The translations under genes and the position numbers were made by a program. The notes beneath the pieces were generated by a model, which searched no databases, was not told the DNA's origin, and saw only the letters and a list, made by a program, of their open reading frames with translations. A stretch of 63,685 nt of DNA, the filler included, from Lophium mytilinum (taxonomy: Eukaryota): assembly GCA_010093605.1 (NCBI GenBank). It is 19 parts of 5 records of this genome, joined end to end, with 100 filler letters (N's around TTAATTAATTAA, not from the genome) between each part and the next. Parts side by side here need not be neighbours in the genome. Positions count along the whole stretch, not along the records: positions 26,188 to 35,798 come from MU004192.1; positions 35,899 to 37,733 come from MU004192.1; positions 37,834 to 41,460 come from MU004192.1; 16 more parts are not named here. One strand, 5' to 3'. Below, piece after piece: positions 27,100 to 40,800 of this stretch (the first letter of the stretch is position 1; the number at the start of each line of letters is the position of its first letter).

Positions 27100-30000
27100 T
27101 ATATACTTACTAATACTAAGCCCTTTCTAGCTACCTATATTTTAATATACTACTAACACTACAGCTAATTAAATATAGAGATAAGTTAGGTTAGTTTTAA
27201 GATAGTATAATATATTTATATGCCACTCTATAGCTAATTTAGACGCTATCTATTTATAACCTTTCTACTTAATTTAGAAAATACTCTAAAATACTATTAT
27301 ATTTATTACGCTTCTTAATATATTTAAGTTGCTAGAGAAAGTATATATCCCTAGTTCTAGCTATTATATAAATTAAATAAGAGTATCCTAAAATAGGCGT
27401 ATAGGCCTATACTTTTATAATATTAGTATCCCTATACTATATATAATTAGCTAAAGCCCTAAAGCATTATAACAGCGCCCTATAATAATATTAATAATTA
27501 TAAAAAAGAAAGCACCGCCTAAGCATATATTTAGATAAATAAACCGGGCTGTTATATAGTAATAGTTAATAATAGAGTATTATTTATAATTATCTCTAAT
27601 ACTTAAGTATATAAATATATTAGGCAGCAGCATAAAATATAGAATTTTTAGCCTAATACTAAACTATCTAGATCTTACACTAATAACTTAATAAATGCTA
27701 GGTTGCTATTAATATAAAGGGGCTTTAGTTCCTTTTTAAGAGAAGAGGCAGTATAGGTATTCTATTAATTACTATAAAATAGTTACTACTAAAGTAGCTA
27801 ATTTAGTTATATAGACGCGATAAGAGTCTAGTCTTAGTACCCTATTATCTAAATATATATATAAACTAACTCTAACTTTATCTTTTCTACCCCTTCTGCA
27901 CTCTAAGAATTATTAAACTATTATATTATTAGATAAATAAGGCTAGTCCCTAATACCTAATAACCTTAAGCTGGACTCTAGGAGTAAGCTTATATAGGGC
28001 CTTAATATTAGCGCCTATAAATATAATACGCTATATACTGTAATAGAGACTAAGATAAGGTTAGTAGACCTACTAGGTAGATTTCTCCGCTTAAAGATAA
28101 TTAGGGGGACAGTATAATCTATAATAATAGATATTATAAAGAAGTTCCCTAAGATACTTTTACGCGTTCTACTTAAAGAAGAATATAAGTAGATATTAAA
28201 ACTTGCATAGTAATATAACTATAATAAGAAAAGATAAGATTATATTAATATATCTTATTATTCTAATTCTATAGATACTCCGCCTGCTAAATAAAATAGA
28301 ACTTTACCGCACTTTAAATACTACTGCAGTTTAGCGCATATAGAAATAATATTAATATTAGTAAAGTAGCTAGGTAGTAAGGCCGCCCGCATTATACTAG
28401 TATATAAACTTGCACCATCTACACTACTAAAGAGTATACTAGTAATACTAGCCCCTAAATTTAGTATACTTATTACTAGGTTAAATATAATATTTAGTCT
28501 TAATATAGAACATAAAACTATATATTACTATATTATAGATAATCTTAAGTTTCTAGTTAAGAATAAAGTAGACTAGTATATAGTAATAGTGCATTAGAGT
28601 TTATTAAGAGAACTAGACTATATTACTCTAATTATTAAGCCTTAGCTAAATAGTATATTAGATACATGTAATAATTTTAATTAATATAGCTAACGTAAAT
28701 AGATAACACCCCTATACCTATCTACTCTAGCTAGTACTATGCTATTCTTCTATCTATACCTATATTAGCCTCTACTAGTTGCAAATGCCTATATAATAAA
28801 ATAAATAAGTAAGAGATTAGAGCTATAGAAAAAGTTAAAAAGAATATAAGGGTTATATAAGAGATAAGAGTATAGAACTATAAAAGATAGAGAACTTAAA
28901 TAGCGCAAAAGTCTATATACCTAGCTAACCTAATTTATAATTAGACTATTCTATAGCCCGCCTTACTAAGGGAACTAGACTAGGACTATACTACTCTAAG
29001 GCAGGGCCTTATTATAACCTTATACTATCTTACTAGACTAGAATATAGATAGCTTAATATCCCTATATATAGGCGGTATAGAGTTATCTAAACTATAGCT
29101 ATTATTAGAACTAGAAGTATAGCTATATAGCTAAATATTCTAACTAGGTATATAAATTCTATAGGGGGAAAATTTGCTGCTAGTAAACTACCTTTCTATT
29201 CTTTTATTTAGGAACCTCTCTACTATAGAGGAGTACCCTATAATATAGTATATAACTACTTATAGCATAGTAACTAATAGAGGGCTAGAATTATAGAAAG
29301 AAGGCCTAAATAGTAGTAAAGAGGGTATTTTAGGCTAAGAGAGAGGAGAATGCAATAGCTTAAGGTTATATAATTTAGTTAGTAAAGGTAGAGGCGTTTA
29401 TTATAGATAATATAGAAGAGGGATATATACTATAGCTAAAGAAGATAGCTAGCGGGTTATTTGCGCCCGAGTAGGTTGCCTAACTAGGGATAAAGTTAGT
29501 AATAAGGGGATAGCTGCGCGTTGCAATATTAATACCTCTATTAGGGCCTCTAACTTAGCTAGCCATCTATCTAATAATATAGAACGCAAAGTCTATAATC
29601 TCTTAACTAACTACTATTCTAATAGTATAGAAGATGCTATCTAGAAATAATAGTAGAAGGTAGTAGCGCGCGTGCAGTAATTAGTAGAAGTTAATATAAG
29701 TGCGTAAATATAAGCTCTAGTCTAAGGTAATATAATAGAAGAGGTAATTACGTAAATAGAAGTATTTAATTATATAGAATAATAGGGCTTTATTAAGGGG
29801 GGAATAAAGAAGAGGTATATAACTAGCTAAAGATACTAAGTTAATGCATATAGACTGCATCTAGCTAGCTCTATTATATTCTATTATAATAAACGCGTAA
29901 CTTACTCCCCCTTTATTCTCTTCTCTCTACGCTGCTTAATTATAATCTACTTTACTTCTCTTTATAGTTATTATTCTTATACTCTACCTTAAGAAATAGA

Positions 30001-32100
30001 ATGTTTTTTTACTATACACCCCCTATCTATTATTTAGTAAGGCTTAATATTATCTACTTAAATATAGTAAAAGGTAATATAGAACTATCTCTCTCTACCC
30101 TAAATAGAGACTTACTATATAACTTAAATATACTATACTATATACTCTATCTATAGTATATATTAATATATATATAGCTAATATATATAACTATAGATAG
30201 TAAAGAAGTAAAAATACGCTGCCTTAAAACTAATTAACACAGTAACGCGCCTAGCTCTCTTAACTCTAACGCCTGCTAACTAATAATAAATATATAGAAC
30301 TTAATAAGTAAAAGAGAATATACTACTAGAATATTCTAAAATAGTAATGCTATATTATCTTAGCTATCTAGCTGCACCTTATCTCTTGCTAGAAAGAGAA
30401 AACGCGGTATAGAGGATAAGAATAGGCACACGCCTATCTTCTAATCTAGTAATACTAACTTCCGCGTATAAATAGACTTTAAGCGTAAGATTAGCTTATA
30501 TATATATTACGGCTACTCTACTAAGTAGTGCATGCTAATAAATATCTATTAGGGTGCCGCCGTAGTCTAAGATAAGACAGCGGCTAGAATAGAAGCCCGT
30601 AGAGCTATTAACTAAATAACTAGGTTTAATACCTTTATATTAAGCGGTCTACTATTTTTCTCTTCTACTAGCTGCTTCTTAGGTATAGGTAGAGGCATAC
30701 CTATCTATAACCGCATTAGCTTCCTTAGCATAAAATAATGTAGTAAAATAATTTAGATATAGAATAGCGTAGATAGGCATGCTAAAGTACTAACTATAAA
30801 GGTAAAATATATAGTAGTAGAAGAATAAATAAGATACTAGATACTTAAAAGTATAGTATTAGGTACTAATATAATTAGAAAATATAGTAATAACCTTATA
30901 GCCTAGACTAAGAGTATTAGGCTAAATATATTTTAGTAAGTGCTAATATAAATATAGGTAGACATCTATAAAGACTAACTATTCTATACTTAAGCTAATA
31001 TCTCTACTACTCTAGACCCTTTTTACGCGTAGAAGGTATATTACCCTCTCCCTACTTCTATAACCTTATATAATAGCTAATTATAATATATAACCTAGAT
31101 TTATAATACTTTTAGTTATTTCTATAATACTATAATAAAGGTTGCTTATAATATTATATAAGAATACTATAGTCTTAGTTCTATAACTCTAGATATTACT
31201 AGCACCGCGTTAACGCTAATAAAGAATTAGAACTATCTCTTTAGGGCAGATAAAGACTAAGCTAAGGTTAGTTACTAACCTAGTATTAGATAGTATTCTA
31301 ATAGATTATAGGGGCCACCGGCAATCTTTATAGCTAAGGCTATCTAGATAGTAGTTATAGATCTACTCTTTATAGAATAGTCTATAAACGCCTTAAAAAT
31401 ATAAAGATACTTAAAAGAGTTTTTTAACCCCCTCTTAGGTAATACTATTATATATATATATACTTACCTCTACTACGCTATTAGTAAATATACCTTAGGC
31501 TAGAAGCGCATAAACCTAATTTATAGGGTTGCCGCTACTAGTATTAACTACCGCCCCCCTTATATAAGACTATGCTAACTATAAGCTAGGGTAGTAAATT
31601 ATAATAAATATCTTACCTAATAGCGGGTACTTAGCTTACACTGTAAGTACTAACTATTATTCTACTAGTAAGAATTTATTATAAAACGGGTAGGTCGGTA
31701 TATAAACTATAAAGAAGATAATAATAAAAATATATATAATAACCCTAACTGCTATAACGCATTAAATTTAACTAAAGATATAATACTAGAATAATAATAG
31801 GCCTTTACTGTAAGGGTGGCGAGAATAGAAGTAAAGAAGCGGAATTAGTAGTAGAACCTTATTAACTAACGCAAGAAGATATATACGCTAATAAAGTGTA
31901 TTAAGAGCGAAGTATAACTATTTAACTCTAGATACTTATCCTTACTGCGTTTAATTCTATCTAGCCCCCCCCTTAGGGATACTTTATTAGATATTATAGA
32001 TAGTATAGGTAATTATATAAGGTAGAGAGCTAAAGTATAATATACTAATTATATTAACTATAGAATAATAAGATTAATAATATAGAGCCCCTTACTAATA
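27100..32100 (+). pseudogene. Two or more degenerate unidentified ORFs of block C
   Basis: Long frames interrupted mainly by RIP-type TAA/TAG stops (~27870-29130 and ~30330-32100). Intron-like GTAAGT..CTAAC..TAG at ~31643-31667. Possible Cys-rich segment at ~31560-31755. No family recognised. Confidence 0.45.
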
Positions 32101-35100
32101 ATAACTTATACTACTTAGCTCTAATTTATAGGAAGGCTAAAAAGAGTATTAAGATAAAGGACTACTAGAAGCGGTGCCCTCTTAATCTCTTATTTATATA
32201 ATTTAGGCAGCGGTTCTATATAAAGAAAGATAAATATAGCTAGTATAAAAATAACACTATAATTATATCTAATAAGAACTAATATTAAAAGTTTATAGCT
32301 GCCTACATTAAGGCACAGGATTCTAGAGAAGAAAGCCTACGGCTAGTTATTAAGTCGCTTAAGAGTATTAGGGACAAGAAATAGTAGTATAGAATTAGTA
32401 AATAGGGTATAAGTAGGCTCTATCTTACGCTTAGCGTTATCTTTCTATTTTATAATATATATACCATAATTAGATGCATTCTAAATTACTATATAGTCTA
32501 CTATCTAACGCGCAATATATATATTATATGCTATTCCCTAGCCCGGATATCTAGCGCATGCGTTACTAGCTCTAATAGTCTACTAGGATATTAAAATTAT
32601 TAAGATTAGTAATAGTTACGCAATCCTTAGAAATATATATAGGTATTACTATTTATATAATACGTAAAGTCTATAATATATATAAAGTTACTATAAACTA
32701 TAAAGCCCTAGCGGAGGTAGTAAGAAGGGATAACTAGATATACTAGTGCAACTTTAAATTTCCTACTATACGCGATAATTATATATTTAGTATATAAGGC
32801 CCCATCTATATTATTATCTATCTATCTATAACCTAGGCGGATTAGGCAGTTTTAGAAGGTTAGATAGAGGAGGTAGATAGCTATATTTATAAGGACTATA
32901 AAGTAGTTATTAACTATAATAATTGCCTATAATGCTAGATTATCTATAATTAAGAATTGTCTATACAGCCTGCGTGTAAATTTTATACAAGAAGTAGGTA
33001 AACTTTTATAGAGTAGCGTAAAGCCTGCGGAGTAGTAAAATATATAGTCTTCTAGAAGGTTACGTAAGTAACTAGTATTCTCCGCGCGTTTCTTAATTTA
33101 GAAATTCCTAATAAAGTAGATAAAATAAGTATTTATTAATACTTCTTAAATAGCCTACTTTAATCTAGACCTAGAGATATAGGTAGAATATAATATATCT
33201 AATACTATTATAGCTACTATACTATTCTAAATATAAGATAGTATTCTCTACCCGGTTATATTTATATTCTATTAAATAAGCATAGCCTAGCTTAACTATT
33301 AAATCTATAATAAAGAACTTCTAGTAATTATCTACGCCTTTAAAAAATAGTATATAGAACTTACTAGCTATAGGTATAGTAACTCTATTAAAGTCCTTTT
33401 AAATTACTAGACCCTATAATACTTTATAGAAACTAAGTAGCTTAACTAATAGTAGGCTAGATAGGCTAAATTTCTCTCTAAGTTTAACTTCTAGATTATA
33501 TATAGGCTAGGTAAGAATAATAGTAAGGCTAACTTACTAACTAGGCGCCTAGGTAATATACTAGATAAAAATAATAAGCACTATAAGATTTAGTAATAGA
33601 CTATTTTAAAAGACTATAATCTTAAACTAGAAATATATTATACTATTAAACTAGCTTATATTATAACTAACAGCGTAACTTATAATATAGTCTCCCTTAT
33701 AGTAATAATATATAACCTTAGTAAAGTAGAACTTAATTAAGGAAAGTCTTAGAGTAACCTTAATAATAAACTATAGAAGTTACTAGGTAGGTAGAGGGAG
33801 TTATAGAATAGCCCTACTAATAGTACTATAGAGTAAGATATTATAGATTATATATAAGAGGCCCTTACTAATAATACTATTACTAACGCTATTAAAGACG
33901 CTATTAGAGCTAAGCTACGCCGCCTACCTACTAATATAGTTAAAAATTATAGCATTAAGCTTAAACTCTATAACTATATAATCTATAATAGCCTTATCTT
34001 TATTTAGAAGGACCGCTTATACATTTCTACTAAAGAGAAACTTAGATTAGCTATTATTAAAAGCCTATATAAACCCCCGCTAGTTAGTTATAGTAGAACT
34101 ATATCTATCTATAACTGTATTTTAATATACTATTTCTAGCTATAGATAATAAATAATATTAATAGATATATTAAGGCTTATTAGCCTTATAATTATATTA
34201 AGCACGCGCGTAAAGTAAAGTAAGGCTTTCTAAAACTACTACTAATTTCTAAATAATACTAGACTAATCTTATAGTTAACTTTATTAGGCCCCTGCCTAA
34301 GTATACGCGATTTAGACAAGACTACTAATATATTATAGTAGTTATTAATAGACTCTCTAAAATGCGTAAGTTTATTTTAATAGTAATAACGGACGCTAAG
34401 AAAGTCGCCTAGGCCTTTCTAGAATAGGTCTAGCGCACTAAAGAATACCTAGAGTCTATTATATCTAATTAAGGGTTATAATTTATATTAACTTTCTAGT
34501 CCCGCCTATATAAGTATATTAGAATAAAGCTAAAACTCTCTACTATATTCTATTCTAAAATAGATAGATAAATAGAAATTACTAATATAGGTCTAAAGTA
34601 ATACCTTAGAGTATATATTAACTACTAGCAGGATAACTAGTATAACTTCCTTACTGTTACTAAATTTAAGGCTAACTTAGTAAAGAACACCTTAACTAGT
34701 ATAGCACTCTTTATAGCTACTAAGGGCTATATTTCTAGTATAGGCACCGCGCTAGCTATATAGCTACCTAAGAATATAAATATAAATATACTAGCGGTTC
34801 GTCTTATAAAACTTATAGATAAATTTATTACTAGAATAGATAAGTTACGCGCATTCCTCTATATAGAAATTAAGTAGGCCTAAGCTAAGTAAAAGAAATA
34901 TACTAATATAGAATAATAACTAGCTTATATATATTACCTAGGTAACTATATTATACTTAATAGATAATTTATTAAAATAACCTATCTAAATAAGAAACTT
35001 AACTTTAAAAAGCTAGGCCCCTTTAGAATTCTAGAAAGCTATAAAAATAGTAGCATATATAAGCTTAAGCTATTTAAGAGTATAGAAAACCTATACTCTA

Positions 35101-35685
35101 TCTTCTATTCTTAGCTACTCTACCCGGCTAACGCGGTCTCTATAAAAGAATAGTATAATTCTAAGCCCCTACCTATATAGATAACACTAATATATTAGAA
35201 AGAAGATACTAAAAAGGTTATAGATAGCTACCTAGATAAAAGACGTCTTAATTCTACTACTAGTAAAAGGGGTATACTATAATATAAGATTAAGTTTATT
35301 AGATAGAATAATAAACTCTAATAGAATAACTATAATTACGCTAACGGCTGCCTATACCTTATTATAGATTTTTACTACTAATACCTAAAGAAACTAGGCC
35401 CTTATTTATTATTCCAACTACTATTAGACTAGAAGCTAACCTTAGCTACTATTCTTACTACTATAGACCTCTATATAACTAATACTATAGAAGCTATATA
35501 AGTTAATTACTAGACTAGCGGTTAAATTAATTTATTAAGAAGGCCTAACCGCGGACGTGTATAATAATTAATATAATATAATAGCATAGATTATTATAAG
35601 TACCTAGTAGTAGACTAGTAGCTATAAAGGCTATATAGCTTCTTATAGCCCTATTATAGCTAGCCCTAGTCTAAATAAATAATAT

Positions 35686-35798
35686 AATAGTAATACTATA
35701 TATAGTAATACTATATATAGTAATACTACGCATAGTAATACTATATATAGTAATACTATATATAGTAATACTATATATAATAATACTATGTATAGTAA
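35686..35798. repeat. Tandem repeat of ~7.5 x 15 bp (TATAGTAATACTATA), running into a gap
   Basis: Directly visible. One junction retains C/G (TACTACGCATAG), and the motif resumes at 35899. Confidence 0.9.
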
Positions 35799-36151
35799 NN
35801 NNNNNNNNNNNNNNNNNNNNNNNNNNNNNNNNNNNNNNNNNNTTAATTAATTAANNNNNNNNNNNNNNNNNNNNNNNNNNNNNNNNNNNNNNNNNNNNTA
35901 GTAATACTAATAGACTAATAAAGTAGCTATATAATACTATACTAAATAGTAAGGCTGCAGAAGGCTATATAAAAATAGAAAGGATAAATAATTCTATATA
36001 AATTAATTTATTTCCTTTATTTACTTACGGCTAGAATATAATTTAGCACTTTATTTAATAGATATTTAAGCGGTTATAAATACTCTAGTATAAAAAAGAC
36101 CCTCTCTTATAAAAAGCTTTAATTAGGGGGCTTCTTTAGAGGGGGGAAACG

Positions 36152-36351
36152 TATTATAGCTATATAATTACGCATAATATATAACTAGAGGTTACGTAAT
36201 AGAGGCTTTATAAAATAGGTAAATATTACTCCGCCCTTTAGGTTATTATAACGTCCGCCCTAGAAACCTCTTTCTCTCTTATATTTATCTTTTATTAATA
36301 TTAATACTATTTAATCTAATAATTCTAACATTCTAACCTTAAGCCCTAATA
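36152..36351 (+). mobile_element. 200-bp 3' LTR
   Basis: Follows the PPT and has TA...TA ends (RIPed TG...CA). It is the reverse complement of the solo LTR at 60699-60898. Confidence 0.9.
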
Positions 36352-37733
36352 AAGGCTATCTAGGCTAAGGCTTATTAGCGTTCTATAGATGCTTATAGCT
36401 ATAATTATATCTAATACTTTCTAGAAACGCCTAGATAATTTAGAATTATTCTATAGTTACTACTCTTTCTCTATTTTTAAGGTATAGTAGTAACCTCTAG
36501 CCTCTATAAGGTCTTCTTAATTAATATACTAGAGGGTAGAGCCTTAATAAAGAATATTAAACTTATCCCCTTTATCTATATTCTCTTTCTCTAACTCTTT
36601 ATTTAGAAGAGTATTATCTAGATTATCTTTAATATTAGTATCTAAGTTAGTTAGATCTACTATTTAAGTTAGCGTCTATAAACCTCTATATAGTATAACT
36701 ATTAGATATAATAGAGTTTTAGGGCCGTAGAGAAAAGAAGTCCTACTATAGAATAAGCCTCTAGAGTAGCTATATAGATTAGTAGCCTTATTAAACTCTT
36801 TTAAGTTCTAGCCCTAATAAATCTAATTAAGCGCACGGTTAATATTTACCTATTTACGCGTAGTTAGGTGGAATATATACTAATACTATATAGACTTAAT
36901 ATAGCTAAAAGCTATAATATATAGAGATATATTATTAAATTCTAGGTAGAACTTATTAAAAAAAATAGCCCTATATATATATATAGAGGTTACTTTATTA
37001 CTATATAATAGATTATAAAATATTATAAAGGTCTCTAGTAAGTTTAAATTCTTATTATATTTTTTATTAAAGGTCTCCACGCTTATAATAATAAGGTAGG
37101 TTTTTACTCTTAAATTTAGCTTATACTACACCTAACTATTTATTTCTTAGTAGATAGACCTAAGATTCTTCTAGTCTTTAGAGGTAAGGTTACTCTCTAT
37201 AATACTTCTATATATATGCTAGATATAAAGTCTTCTACTAAAGACCTTAAAATTCTTATTTTTATATTTAATATCTAGCTAGTATTTTACCTTCTTATAG
37301 GTCTAATTTAGTAGACTCTTCTTAGTAAGCTAAATAATATAGCCTTTAATACTACTAGAATATAGAGTATTAGTACTAGCCTCTCTAGTATAAATAGTAA
37401 ATACTATTAATATTTATAGAGTTTTTCCTATTCTAGAGAAGTTTATAAGAATTAGCCTATATACTCTACTAGTAAGACCTTAGATAATACTATATATTCT
37501 AGCTACCTAGTATAGGGCTATATATATCTTTAGGTTAGTAGTTATTTCTAGTAGCTTAAAGATTATATTACTAGAAAAATTTCTATATATTAGAGGTAAA
37601 CTAAAAAACTATAGTATCTTCTTAAATACTACTACTAAGATATTCTTTATAGAGCTTAATATTAGGGCTATTATAGTAGTAATATTAATAGTATCTACCT
37701 CCTCTATATTAGCTATAATTATCTTATTTATAT
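36352..37733 (-). repeat. Inverted copy of the SNF2 gene middle (~24001-25401), abutting a Gypsy LTR
   Basis: Reverse complement of the SNF2 region. Contains the 64-aa ORF 36886-37080 with the RIP-altered DExH box. Confidence 0.92.
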
Positions 37734-37833
37734 NNNNNNNNNNNNNNNNNNNNNNNNNNNNNNNNNNNNNNNNNNNNTTAATTAATTAANNNNNNNNNNN
37801 NNNNNNNNNNNNNNNNNNNNNNNNNNNNNNNNN

Positions 37834-40800
37834 GTTATTACTATATTTCCTAATTATATTAGTACCTAATACTATACTTCTAAGTATCTAGTATCTTATT
37901 TATTCTTCTACTGCTATATATTTTACCTCTATAGTTAGTACTTTAGCATGCCTATCTACACTATTCTATATCTAAATTATTTTACTATATTATTTTATGC
38001 TAAGGGAGCTAATGCGGTTATAGATAGGTGTGCCTCTACCTGTACCTAAAAAGCGGCTAGTAGGAGAGAAGAATAGTAGACTACTTAATATAAAGATATT
38101 AGACCTAGTTATTTAGTTAATAGCCCTGCAGGCTTCTATTCTAGCCGCTATCTTATTTTAGACTATAGCGGTACCCTAATAGGTATTTATTAGCATGTAC
38201 TACTTAGTAGAGTAGCTATAATATATATATAAGCTAATCTTATACTTAAAGTCTATTTATACGCGGAAGTTAGTATTACTAGATTAGAAGATAGGCGTAT
38301 GCCTGTCCTCGTCCTCTATACTGCGTTTTCTCTTTCTAGTAAGAGATAAGGTGCGGCTGGACGGCTAAGATAATATAGCATCGCCGTCTTAGAATATTCT
38401 AGTAGTATATTCTCTTTTACTTATTAAGTTCTATATATTTATTATTAGTTAGTAGGTGTTAGAGTTAAGGGAGCTAGGCGCGTTACTATATTAATTAGTT
38501 TTAAGGCAGCGCATTTTTACTTCTTTACTATCTATAGTTATACGCATTAGCTATATATATATTAACGTGTACTATAGATAGGGTATATAGTATAGTATAT
38601 TTAAGTTATATAGTAAGTTTCTATTTAGAGTAGAGAGAGATAGTTCTATATTACCTTTTACTATATTTAAGTAGGTAATATTAAGCCTTACTAAATAATA
38701 GATAGGGGGCGTATAGTAAAAGAATATTCTATTTCTTAAGATAGAGTGCAAGAATAATAACTATAAAGGGAAGTAAAGTAGATTATAATTAAGTAGTATA
38801 GAGAGAAGGGAATAAAGGGGAAGTAAGTTGCGCGTTTATTATAATAGAATATAATAGAGCTAGCCGGATATAGTCTATATATATTAACTTAGTGTCTTTA
38901 GCTAGTTATATGCCTCTTCTCTATCCCCCCCTTAATAAAGCCCTATTATTCTATATAATTAAATACTTCTATCTATATAATTACCTCTTCTATTATATTG
39001 CCTTAGACTAGAGCTTATACTTACGCACTTATATTAACTTCTACTAATTACTGTATGCGCGCTACTACCTTCTACTATTATTTCTAGATAGCATCTTCTA
39101 CGCTATTAGAATAGTAGTTAGTTAAGAGATTATAGACTTTATGTCCTATATTATTAGATAGATAGCTAGCTAAGTTAGAGGCCCTAATAGAGGTATTAAT
39201 ATTATAATATATAGCTGTTCCCTTATTACTAATTTTATCCCCGGTTAGATAACCTACTTAGGCGCAAATAACCCGCTAGCTATCTCCTCTAGCTATGGTA
39301 TATGTCCCTCTTCTATATTATCTATAATAAACGCCTCTACCTTTACTAACTAAATCGCGTAACCTTAAGCTATTATATTCTTCTCTCTCTTAGCCTAAAA
39401 CACCCTCTTTACTACTATTTAGGCCTTCTTTCTATAATTCTAGCCCTCTATTAGTTACTACGCTATAAGTAGTTATATACTATATTGCAGGGTACTTCTC
39501 TATAGTAGAGAGGTCTCTAGATAAAAGAATAGAAGAGTAGTCTACTAGTAGTAAATTCCCCCCCTATAGAATCTATATATCTAGTTAGAATATTTAGCTA
39601 TATAGCTATACTTCTAGTTCTAATAATAGCTATAGTTTAGATAACTCTATACCACCTATATATAGGAATATTAAGCTATCTATATTCTAGTCTAGTAAGA
39701 TAGTATAAGGTTATAATAAGGCCCCGCCTTAGAGTAGTATAGTTCTAGTCTAGTTCCCTTAGTAAGGCGGGCTATAGAATAGTCTAATTATAAATTAGGT
39801 TAGCTAGGTATATAGACTCTTATACTATTTAAGTTTTCTATCTTTTATAGTTCCGCACTCTTATCTCTTATATAACCCTTATATTCTTTTTAACTTTTTC
39901 TATAGCTCTAATCTCTTACTTATTTATCTTATTATATAGGCGTTTATAACTAGCAGAGGCTAATATAAGTATAGGTAGAAGGATAGTATAGTACTAGCTA
40001 GAGTAGATAGGTGCAGGGGTATTATCTATCTATATTAGCTATATTAATTAAAATTGTTGCATATATCTAATATACTATTTAGCTAAGGCTTAATAATTAG
40101 GGTAATATAGTCTAGTTCTCTTAATAAACTCTAATATACTATTACTATATACTAGTCTACCTTATTCTTAACTAGGAACTTAAGATTATCTATAATATAG
40201 TAATATATAGTTTCGCATTCTATATTAAGACTAAATATTATATTTAACCTAGTAATAAGTATACTAAATTTAGGGGCTAGTATTACTAGCATACTCTTTA
40301 GTAGTATAGGTAGTGTAAGTTTATATACTAGTATAATATAGGCAGCCTTACTACCTAGCCGCTTTACTAATATTAACTTTATTTCTATATGCGCTAAACT
40401 ATAGTAGCATTTAGGGTGCAGTAAAGTTCTATTTTATTTAGCAGGTAGAGTATCTATAGAATTAGAATAATAAAACGCATTAATATAATCTTATCTTTTC
40501 TTATTATAGTTATATTACTATGCAAGTTTTAATATCCACTTATATTCTTCTTTAAGTAGAACGCGTAAAAGTATCTTAGAGAACTTCTTTATAATATCTA
40601 TTATTATAGATTATACTATCCCCCTAATTATCTTTAAGTAGAGGGATCCGCCTAGTAGATCTACTAACCTTATCTTAGTCTCTATTGCGGTATATAGCGT
40701 ATTATATTTATAGATACTAATATTAAGGCCCTATATAAGCTTACTTCTAGAGTCTAGCTTAAAGTTATTAGGTATTAGGGACTAGCCTTATTTGTCTAAT

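Larger units (their letters stand above)
20177..32750 (+). mobile_element. Large multi-gene repeat element carrying an SNF2 helicase (most complete copy; blocks B+C; termini not resolved)
   Basis: Its segments recur at 1-2331, 13953-15422, 15433-18166 and 18903-20076 (+), and at 36352-37733, 37834-41460 and 59902-62548 (-). It contains SNF2 motifs and several further degenerate ORFs. The left end is in a gap and the right end is approximate. Confidence 0.8.
33114..36351 (+). mobile_element. pol: Ty3/Gypsy chromovirus-like retrotransposon, 5'-truncated (RNaseH-IN-chromodomain, PPT, 3' LTR)
   Basis: De-RIPed KQAF..AP.IAHFDPD..T.VECDASD...GILHPVAF...NYQIHDKELL at 33120-33330. Integrase HHCC/core at ~34060-34750 (DF.GPLP, TAFHP.TDGQ.E-like). 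LGPF at ~35012. Chromodomain at ~35200-35400. PPT AGAGGGGGGAAAC at 36138-36150. LTR at 36152-36351. Confidence 0.93.

Noticed and set aside
20177..32750. Calling the element a Starship, Helitron or Academ
   Set aside because: No DUF3435/tyrosine-recombinase, HUH Rep/Pif1 or RecQ-type motifs could be recognised, and the helicase motifs are SNF2-type. Classification is left open.
36886..37080. 64-aa ORF as an independent small gene
   Set aside because: It is a stop-free fragment of the RIPed SNF2 pseudogene. Its 'start' GTG corresponds to GCG in other copies.
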